From assembly GCF_037042905.1 (NCBI RefSeq), contig NC_087252.1, positions 25,422,001-25,486,000 of the forward strand: a stretch of 64,000 bases of DNA, given 5' to 3'. Position numbers and translations under genes: made by a program. Below the pieces are notes generated by a model, which saw only the letters and a program-made list of their open reading frames with translations, ran no database searches and had not been told where the DNA came from. This stretch comes from Lytechinus pictus. Its lineage: Eukaryota. Below, one piece after another: positions 54,301-64,000 of the stretch (the stretch's first letter is position 1; every line of letters starts with the position of its first letter).

Positions 54301-56127
54301 AGGTGGACTTGACCTTTCAATCAGACGCGTCAATGCATGCACATCGTTCTGAAACGATTGCAGTTCTAGTCTTCTTCTTCTTCTTCTTCCACAAAATCCC
54401 ATTTGTTTAACACATGGTGTTTGTTAGCTCTGCCCTGGCTCCGTCCCTCATCCAAATTCATCTAAACTTGGTAGACATGTTGTCCAGCATCCCTAGTTGT
54501 GCTCCTTGTCTTCCTTTTTTCAAAATCACTCATGCATGACCATCTAGGCGCCATTTTGTAAATTTCAAGTCCATTTGCATACCATTACTAATCTCGTCCT
54601 AACTCCCGCATCCTGCATTCTACAGACTTCTAACAAATTGCTATAGATAGTCAAAGAGTTGCCCCATCATTTGCGACGTATAACCTGACCTTTAAAATGC
54701 CATCTTCATGCCCTAAATTCAAATCCGAAATAGCCTTCCTTCAAAAACGTCATATTTATTGAAATGTAAAGTTAAAAAATCGTAAAATGGCCATAACTTT
54801 CTTGTTTTTATTCATTTCGAGCTCATATTTTTAGGAATTGATACTGGTACAATATCATACATAGGAATTAGTTTTCACGCATCACTGAATTTCCGTTACT
54901 GAAATAGCGCCCTCTAAAGTTTCAAAAACGCTTATCTTTGAATGCTCCTCATTGCGTCATGCATGGCCAAACCCGTACCCTTTTTTAGATTTAGGGTGTT
55001 CAAGATATGCCCTTTCATGCCATTTAGAAAAGTATATACCTTACCACTGACGAAATATCTGAAAAATGCTCCCGAAAATCAGCAAAATACGCAAAAATGC
55101 ACTATAATGCCAGCACAACTTGAACTTGCTCTTATTTCCTTATTATTGAAGTTTATCCTTTCTAACTTGGCAGATATGAGTATTGATATATACTTCAACC
55201 GTTCGTTAACATTTCGTGACAGAAACTGACATAGAGCTGACGTCAGCTTAAAATTATTGTGCAAAACTGTCATTTTTAATGTCTTTCTTTATATGGCATT
55301 TACTTCCGGTCTATTGCTTGCGCACAAATAAAAGTGGTATCAATGTCACCGCATTGGAATGCCCTATCCAGTGATACCAAATACGACATAGGTTACAACA
55401 GAAAATTTCAAGATAAGCCAATCTGAACACATGGTATACTACTCACAACGCACACATTATCAACAACAGAATTGTACACAATGTCTATGGCATAACGTAT
55501 TATGCATGCACATCGTTCTGCTATGTACTTTACACTGAGTTACGTTAATGAACTGTCAGGGAAATGTGTATGCTTATTCATATTACTCTCTGTGTCTTTC
55601 TCTCCCTTCTCTCTCTTTTTTTTGAGCGGCCATATGGTCTAAAAATGGCCCAATGGACGAAATCCTTTTGACTTGAGAATGTAACTTCCTATGGAGGGCA
55701 AAATGTACCAAAATCCACTTTGATTAACATGTAATTTTTGTTAGTCCTCCCCTGCCTCCGCTCCTCATCCAAATTCATTCCGATTTGGTAGACATGTTGT
55801 CCATGATGCAGTATTGTGTACCTCTTATTTCATTTTCTAAAAACATTCATGCATGACAGTGCATGCACCATTTTGAGTGAGTGACATCATCATCTCTCTC
55901 ATTTGGATGTAACTGGCTCGTTCATATAACTCTTTTGTTAAAAATAAGCGAAACTTTGAAATGTCATAACTTTCTTTTTTTACATCCGATTTTGATGAAA
56001 TTTTCAGCATTGTGCTTGTCTGATTTTTCCCTATTGATTCAAATCAACATTTTTATGAGGTGGACTTGACCTCTAAATCAGACACGTCAATGCATGCACA
56101 TCGTAATGAAACGATTGCAGTTCTAGT
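30306..56127 (+). mobile_element. Head-to-tail array of 15 ~1.3-1.9-kb non-autonomous Helentron/HINE-like elements
   Basis: A unit marker recurs at 31000, 32904, 34196, 35820, 37457, 39082, ~40925, 42602, 44418, 46229, 47871, 49750, 51507, 53184 and 54942. The 5' subTIR TGCATTGACGC is followed by its partial inverted repeat GGCGACAATGCA and a (TCT)n tract. The 3' end has subTIR GCGTCAATGCA, hairpin ATCGTT-CTGA-AACGAT, then CTAGT. Inserted at TT without a TSD. Confidence 0.8.
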
Positions 56128-56832
56128 TATATATTGTGATGCTTTTCACTAAATCTAATGCAATTTGTAATGATGAGTAATTTTTATCTAATTACTTTGA
56201 TGAAACCGGATATAATGCTTATGAGCTGAATTCAGAAAGAGATATTTCAAGACAGAGCTTTGGAAAAAGTTCTCCAGTTTTATAGGTATCGTTATCTTTG
56301 TTTTAAACTTCTTCCTGAGTGATCAGATGAATAATATATTTAACTTAATGTAAGATGAAAATAAATCAAATTTTGTGGCGTAAACATTTAAACGTTAAAA
56401 CTAAGGTATTGACAAACTGTATTTATACATTGAAAATGATATTTAGTGGTTTAAGGTCTAACGAATATACGTCGGCTTGGTTGCGTAATTATAAACTCCC
56501 GGTATAAGCAACATTTTGGACTAAAATATCGAATCATCTTCATAAAACACTAGAATAGCTGTCTTACACTAAAAGGCCATAGAGGTGGCACAATGTGGAA
56601 TGTGTAAAGAAGAAAAATGACTGACCTTTTTTTTACTACAGCATTGGAAAATAAGATCAAAATTAAAGGATTTGCTCTACACTTTTGTATGCTTCTGGGA
56701 TTTCTTAAAATAACAAATTAAAGATTTCATGACATCTGTGGGCAAACTGTCCCGCCCCAGTCCACTCTGTAAGGGCATGCGATAAGCTTTGTTATTCGTT
56801 ATGACCATTCAACAAAATGTATAACCAGCTAG

Positions 56833-57545
56833 GTGCCGCTGATCATTCTTGACCGGCGCCGATCTAGATTTGGTTGGCAATAGGCCCTTCTTCATTATTC
56901 TACCGGCGCCTATTTAGTTGAACCAGGGAACCCTGATCATTCTTGACCGGCGCTGATTTAAATTTAGGTGGCGCCGGTTAAGAAAAAGGCGCCGCTGATT
57001 ATTTTTACAGACGTCACGTAAGATTCAGGCAGCGGCAATTCATAATCGACTGGCGCCGATTTAGAACCAGGAGGCGCCGATTATTCTTGACTGGCGCCGA
57101 TTTGGATTTAGGTGGAGCTGATTATTCTTGATCGGCGCCGGTTAAGAACTCAGGCAGCGTCGATTTTTCTTTACCAGCACCGATTTATAACCAGATGGCG
57201 CTGATTATTCTTGTCCGGCCCCGATTTAGATTTAGGTGGCGCTGATTATCCTTGATCGGCATCGGTTAAGAACTCAGGCAGCCGTCGATTTTTCTTTACC
57301 GGCGCCGATTTATAACTGAATGGCGCCGATTATTCTTGTCCAGCGCCGATTTAGATTTAGGTGGCGCTGATTATCCTTGATTGGCGCCGGTTAAGACTCT
57401 GGCAGTGTCAATTTTTCTTGACTTGCGCCGATTTATAACCAAAATAGCGCTGATTATTCTTGTCCGGCGCCGATTTAGATTTAGGTTGCGTTGATTATTC
57501 TTAATTGGCACCAGTTATATGCAGGCAGCGCACTGCTATACCGGC
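56833..57545 (+). repeat. Degenerate GGCGCCGATT-rich tandem subrepeats (~120-bp higher-order period) near the right end of the 29-kb element
   Basis: Repeated GGCGCCGATTTAGATTTAGGTGGCGCTGATTATTCTTG blocks. Confidence 0.8.
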
Positions 57546-57732
57546 GAAGTTGTTGGAAAAAAGGTAGTTTTCTTTTCTTTCCTTTATTTTTATTTTTTCA
57601 AGCGGCGCCTTTTCTTTCTTTTACTTTTTTTTTGAGCGGCGCCGCTCAAATGTTAGGGGGGGGGGGGGCGTGCGCCCCCTGCGCCACCCCCCTGGATCCG
57701 CCGATGCAGTTGGTGTCGTTGCATGTGTTATT

Positions 57733-57962
57733 TAAGAATCGCGCAGATACGCGTACATGCGCAGAGAAGGGACACTGCGCAAACTCGGGAGACCTTACCT
57801 TAGATTCTACTTCTTAACTTTGTGAAGCAGATTCCATTTTTAATCCAATCATGCCATTTTTTAGTACTATTTCCTGAATTGAAGGTGGCACTATCCTTTG
57901 AAAAGCCGATAAATTGCAATATTAATGGACTCTCCATCTTAAGTATAAAATTTTAAAGTAAA
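57733..57962 (+). repeat. ~230-bp dispersed direct repeat, copy 1 (copy 2 at ~61140-61369)
   Basis: AAGAATCGCGCAGATA...GGGACACTGCGCAAACT...CCTTACCTTAGATTCTACTTC...GAAGGTGGCACTATCCTTTGAAAAGCCG...TTTTAAAGTAAAC present twice. Confidence 0.85.
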
Positions 57963-58058
57963 CGACAAAAAGCACAACAACAAATTCAAATAAAGACGAA
58001 AATAGAACAAAATTACCAACTGTCCATTGAATAAATGCAAATGAAGTTATAATATATA

Positions 58059-60137
58059 CACAACAAAAAAAGTAAGTCCCCCCTTAAAACAAACATCAAT
58101 AATTTCCGAACCAATGCGAGTTTTCAATATATTTTTACATGAGCGTGTAGGTAATTTAATAAGCTATCCTCTGAGTAAATGTCATGGACGTATTTTACGT
58201 CATGCTTCAGTGAGCGCCGTCAAAAGGCAAAAATGTCACTTTTCAAAAGTCACAAGCCAAATATCATTACTTTGATTCCATTTTATTGGAACGAATTCCA
58301 CATTCTCATCATGAAAAATAGTCAGAAGGTTTGTAAAAGGTACTTTCTAAAAGACGATACAATTTTTTGCTAAATTTCACGGTTGAATAAACACAAGTCC
58401 AAATTTGCTATAATTGGATTTTTTACACATTTCTATCAATAAAAATGATAGAATATGATGACAGTTATTTTGGGGAAGAGTATCTTCAACAATATTCATT
58501 GTTTCACGGTTCAGTGAACATTTATTGAAAACAAAAAATACGATTTTCAAATATCATAGGCACGTATTGTTTTATTTTGGTAACAGAAAATGATCTTTTC
58601 TCATTTTTTTCGTTATGTTCATGCTCAATTAACATGCTTCAATGATTCAAAGGCGTTTAATTAAACATTCACGCTTGAATGAACATGTGGATGTGATTAG
58701 CTCTTTTTTACGTTAATGGCAAAAATGCAATTTGTAACTATGGATATCTGTTACAAACATCCTTGCATAGTTCATTTGATTTGATTTTTATGAAAATTCC
58801 AAAGTTTAATGCATCAGTGAGTACACAATATTTAAAAAAATATGCAAATGAGAAGAAAGTTCAAGGCCTTGGCCCCACTCTGTGCCGTATCGAATGGTTA
58901 TTTTGGTGTGCGCACCGTTTGGATAGAGTTATTCTGAAGCCATGTGCGAAGTTTCATGAAATAACTGTTGGCAGAAGTAACAAAAATCGTCCATGAAACA
59001 AACCTTCATTTCATATTTGTTAAAATAATGACTTCCTCTCTCATAGACTTGTATACATTATGGGTGCATATGTTTAAGAATAAGTAGCCCCTTATTTAAT
59101 AGGGTGGAACTTTTTTTCAAGGCTGTCTTTACCAGTGTTATTTGGCAGTAATGTTTATCAATCTATGGGCAGAATTCTGTGTAAAAATCAGATCGATTTG
59201 TTTATTTATGGATGAGTGAGCACGCATCAAAGAGGGAACATTTGTATTTTCATTGTCACAGACTCATTATAAAGTGTAATAAGGTGAATATTGGGGGCAA
59301 ATTCGGTTTCAAATGTGACTTTGATAGCTGTTGTCTTTATCATCCATCATTTCTATCACAACACACTTTCCGAACTTTAAACATCTTCATGGTTGAGCGA
59401 GCACATTCGAAAACTTAGGAATGAATACTCTTTATACTGCATAAATGTATTCTTTTCATAACAATATATCATGATCAGTTTAATTCATGGACAAATCAGT
59501 GGTGGATCCAGAATTTTAAAATTGAGGAGGGGGCTAATCGGGGGAGACACCAACATTTTCAAATTTGAAGATGATCTAACAAGTTGTAGAGGATACCACC
59601 ATAATCCCCTATGAGGATACGTCACAATACAGGGGCCGCGGAACGGTTTTCAAAGTGGGGGGGGGGGGGGCTGACCATGCAAAAAATCAGAATCGTATGG
59701 TCATTTTTACATTTTTGTACATGCTTTTGGAAAAAAGTGGGGGGGGGGGGGGGGGGGCAAAAGCCCCCTCTCCCCCTTCCGCGGCCCCTGCAATACATTG
59801 TGCTCACTCAACCATGAACATACGATATCAAAACTGTGTGTGGAGTGGCTAAATGATGGATAATAAAACAGCATAACACCATAAAATTCACCTAAAAACA
59901 ACTTTTGCCCAACTTTGTATTGGCAAAATCTGAAAATCGACTCTTGTGACTTTCAAAAATTGTCATTTTTAATTCAATCTTTAATTACTCATGCATGAAT
60001 CAACTGATCAATCTCATTTTTCATCAGGAGTTGCTTAATGAGTGTAAAAAATTACCTGCGAAATATCATATCCCAAAATAATTCTGTTCAAAAGTTACAG
60101 CAATTTGATTTAGGGGGGACTTACTTTTTTTGTTGTG
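58059..60137. mobile_element. Non-autonomous TA-targeting (Tc1/mariner-type) TIR element
   Basis: TA|CACAACAAAAAAAGTAAGTCCCCCC ... GGGGGGACTTACTTTTTTTGTTGTG|TA; no transposase ORF. Confidence 0.8.
59630..59790. mobile_element. 161-bp MITE with 5-bp TSD
   Basis: CAGGGGCCGCGGAA ... TTCCGCGGCCCCTG; CAATA on both sides (59625-59629, 59791-59795). Confidence 0.85.
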
Positions 60138-60319
60138 TATAGATTCAGATTGAACGCCGAAATAACAAAGGGAATGAAATATAAAACAAACGTTATGAAG
60201 ATAAGTTTTTGAAATAGGTTATAGCTAGGCCTTTAGATGAAAAGAGATTTATTGTAAATAGGATGGGGGAGAGGAAAGGGGAGAATGGTCTGTGCACCAA
60301 TTTCTATCTCATATCTTAA

Positions 60320-60915
60320 AGGGGGAATCCAACCCAAATAAAAACTGTTTTTTATAAGAAAAAGAAAAATTAGACAAGTTGATAGGTGAAAACTTGAACA
60401 ATATCGGACAAACAAAAAGAAAGTTATGATTTTTTCAAAGTTGTTAATATTGGTAATCACTATACCCATGGAGACTTCAAATTGGCCGCATCTGGGATGT
60501 CATAGTGATGTAAGGCAAGGACTACTCTTCCATGTATTCCAATACATATTATGGCTAAATCGTCATTTTTCCCAAAAGTTTTATTTCAAATTATATTTTT
60601 CTTTCATGAGGACATAAAACAATATACTACCTGGGTTATATTTAGATTACTGCCCCAGGGGAATGGGTACTTAGGAGAAAACCACAAATCCCTGATAATA
60701 AAGTACATGCCCTATGGGAAAGTTGTCCTTGCCCCTTGTCATAATTTACTTACCCAGTTGCCAATTTGAAATCTACATACTATTAATGATCTAAAATTTA
60801 AAGCAGCTATAACTTTCTTATTGCTTGTCCGATTTCTTTCAAACTTTCACTATTCTGTTTAATTTATTTTTCTCCTTTCCAACACAACACTTTATGGCCA
60901 AGGCTGGATTCCCCT
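60320..60915. mobile_element. TTAA-targeting MITE (Kolobok-like, purine-purine termini)
   Basis: TTAA|AGGGGGAATCCAACC ... GGCTGGATTCCCCT|TTAA. Confidence 0.75.
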
Positions 60916-62527
60916 TTAAGTAATTTTCTTTCGTATCGCAAATATTCTCTACAAATCAAAGGTTTTTGTAAATTATTTTAATATAAAGGGCACTCGTGCC
61001 AGCAGATTGCACTTTGGTTAACATCTTATGAATGTTCCCTAGTCTATTCTTGTTCAAGATTATGATGACATTATTCTTCTATATAAACAATTTCATCAGT
61101 GACTACCTTTTGAACATAAGGTGAACGTAAGGCAACCATAAGAATCGCGCAGATAGCGTCCATGCGCAGAGAAGGGACACTGCGCAAACTTGGGGGACCT
61201 TACCTTAGATTCTACTTCTTAACTTTGTGAAACAGATTTCATGATTGGACCAATCATGAAATTTTTTTAGTACTATTTCCTGAATTGAAGGTGGCACTAT
61301 CCTTTGAAAAGCCGTTGAATTGCAGTATTAATAGACTCTCTATCTTAAGTATACAATTTTAAAGTAAACTGTAAAGTTCGATGAAAGTTACATAGATTTT
61401 GACTGAAAAATAGAAGTTTAAACTAAACGTTGTGATGTCACGACGTCTATAGACGCCCAAATCCTTTGATTACACCATCTTTGAAAACTTTCAATCGGGT
61501 GAATTTCAAATATCGATAGCAAAATATCAAGCGCATGAACCCATGTTATTATTTGTTTTGCACTATTGGAATATGTAAGGACTTTAAGCAGCCCTGTGCA
61601 AAATTAAAACGACGAAGATTTCATTTCAACTGTGGAACGCCCTTAACTTATTTACATTTGCAGACTTTCCATGCAAGCATCAAACATTTTTTTAAGATAA
61701 AAAATGAGAGCATGATCTATTGTTCAAAATCTTTAATTTATTACCACCAACCTGAAAACGTCACAAGGAGGCAAAGGTTCACAACAGATGATATCCAGAG
61801 AGCCAGTTGTCTTTTGGAACCCGCCATCTTCAGCTACAGCGGCATGATGTGTCATAAAGGCAGTACACCACGAAATAGGTTCCGGTCATATCGGGAAGTT
61901 CTCCCTGACTCGTAGAATGACGTCATACAGTTAAATCACTTCATATAGAATCAATAATACACATCTGATAACTTTTTAATCACATGAACATGAATTGGGA
62001 CTATGACTGCTTCAAATAAGTCTAATAAGATAGTATCATCGGATCCGTTTAGGGTGTTAGGGGGACTTTATTAGTTGCCCAAGAATATCTATCATCATTG
62101 TTGTCGCTAGGTTTAAAAAAAAAAAACCAGCTGTGCCAACATCTGCAGGCAAATTTCAATGAAGTTCAGGTTCAGTGATTTTCAAAAGTAGTCGAATGTT
62201 CTCGATGCGAAACTCCCGCACACTAACCGATGATAGTGACCTAGCTTTAACCCGTGTTTTCCCATCGATACAATGTTTTCTGATTAGGACACATTTTCAT
62301 TCTACATGTATAATAAGGAACAATATGTTTTTCTTAAAAGCAGTAAAGGGGGTGTGGAGGGACTCAATACAAATAATGATAATCATTCACTCTGGTTAGT
62401 CATTCCATATTTGGTCTCCTAGGATCCAAGTGACTATATTGTGTACACGTTTATGGAGCCCCCCTCAAAAGACTTGTACACGGTAGTGACTTGGAAGGAG
62501 ACGAATTATAGAAATCTGATTGGTACA

Positions 62528-64000
62528 CTTTTTTTTTCAATATGTTTTTATTAAGGATTTCATCCAAATGAATTACATAAACTGCAGATAAATACAAAAA
62601 AAAATACAAATCTTCATTTCATATCAACGAGGATATGCAAAAAGTACATATATATTCACCAAGAACTGAAGCAAATAAGGACGGAATGAAACTCCTTAAA
62701 ATTGTACTTTTATATCTGAAAAAAAAATAACTTAACTGAGTCCCCAACCCTCTATGTATTTCAATAATAATCAATGTTAAAAGGCTATATAAATGATTTG
62801 CAGGAAAACAGAAATCAACCTAAATGTATTATTGCATCCCCTTTTAAATCAAACTTCAACATAACTTTGCATAATTAGACACACATACACACACCGACCT
62901 TAACACCCATACACACATGCAGGTACCACGCATACGTAAACAAACATAATATATACAAATCTGCATAATGAACGTTTAACATTTTGGCGCAATAGGATAC
63001 AGAAAGAAAAAAAAACACCTGCAAATCATATTGATACAAGAGAAGGGGAAATTGAAAAGAACCAGTAAAAAAACATCAACATTCACACCAGGATTCACAC
63101 TCGCACCACACTAGACACATCCCACCTGTTCACATTCAAATTCCTTTTCACCTTCAGTTCATCCCATTTCTGTAAATGTAAACTTAACTTGCCTGACTTC
63201 GTTGCCAGGCGTCTTTCTTCTTCTATACAACCCGTTATATATTTGTGTATTTTAATAAATGACGGTACCCGGCCTTCAGCTCTGGAATTAAAAATTGCAT
63301 ATTTAATAAAAAGAATAACAGAATTGACACATTTAATTCTACAAGAATTTCCAGGTAATCCTAAGAATATTTCCCTCCAATTTAAAGTTCTTAATTCAGC
63401 TAAACAAAAATGATCAATGCAAAACTGCCAAAGAGGTTTAACTTTTATGCAATCCATGAGTATATGAAAGTACGATTCAGTTTTTGTACAACCAAACGAA
63501 CAATAATTATCTCCCACGAAACCAAATCTCATCAAATGTTCTTTTGTATATATTGCTCCATGTAAAAGCATAAACTGAAATTCCCTTTGTTTTCTTATAA
63601 GAGTTGTACTCCTGATACATTCAAATAATTTACAAATTTCTACATCAGTAAAATCAAAATCACTGTGACCATCCTTAAGTGTTAACTTGTATAGCTCGTG
63701 TAGCTTAGTAATAAACAAGTTATAAATTGTTTTTGATTTAATTACTTCAAAAGCTGTTTCCTGTTTTCCAATATTCATAGTTATCCCAAAGTCTACCAAA
63801 TCATTTTTTTTAAACTTTATTAAACTATTAAAATTTTTCCAGCTTGCTGGTATAACGTGCACAATATATATTATTTGGAGAAGTTGATTTGCGGTAATAC
63901 CGAGATTTTGAAAAAAAAGTCACAGGCTTCAAGTGGCCAATAACAAAGATTTGATCAACGCTAAATATTCCTTTATTGAAAAGATCATTGTCAAAAATTG
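62528..64000 (-). mobile_element. 3' end of an L1/Tx1-clade LINE (ORF2 C-terminal zinc knuckle, 3' UTR, poly-A)
   Basis: ORF 63862-63095 contains REFQFMLLHGAIYT, CSFGC...ESYFHILMDC..V..LW and KYAIFNSR (zf-RVT-like). On the minus strand there is AATAAA followed by an A-tract at ~62537-62528. Confidence 0.85.

Larger units (their letters stand above)
28758..57706. mobile_element. hAT5-like TIR element expanded to ~29 kb by nested repeats
   Basis: CATAGGCGGATCCAGGGGGG at 28758 and CCCCCCTGGATCCGCCGATG ending 57706; CAGTT flanks both ends (28753-28757, 57707-57711). GGCGCC-rich motifs occur near both ends. Confidence 0.7.

Noticed and set aside
31000..55229. Recurrent ~95-aa ORF MLLIASCMAKPVPFF... 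as a tandem gene family
   Set aside because: Lies within a non-coding transposon unit, is truncated in some copies (32904, ~40925) and has no recognisable domain.

Overview
AT-rich, repeat-dense eukaryotic DNA. The repeat families and gene architecture suggest an echinoderm such as a sea urchin, but that is inference. The only host gene I can support is a minus-strand type-I membrane immunoglobulin-superfamily gene: a V-type Ig exon (9909-9562), a C-type Ig exon (9080-8670) and a TM exon (8261-8163), all with phase-1 GT-AG junctions. Its first exon was not found. The standout object is a 5,775-bp near-perfect palindrome (10448-16222) with AGTAGT...ACTACT termini and a 6-bp target duplication (ATACAA), which is the Polinton/Maverick integration signature. 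It has two ~2.85-kb arms around a 71-bp loop, no polymerase, integrase or capsid genes, and one C2H2 zinc-finger/acidic ORF in each arm. It may be an integrated snap-back (defective) Polinton genome. The second major object is a ~25.8-kb head-to-tail array of 15 copies of a ~1.7-kb non-autonomous Helentron/HINE-like element (30306-56127). This array lies inside a TIR element whose matching ends and 5-bp TSD are 29 kb apart (28758-57706). The rest consists of nested MITEs, a solo LTR, decayed CR1/L2 and L1/Tx1 LINEs, a tRNA-derived SINE and simple repeats. Most ORFs in the supplied track are artefacts of repeats.
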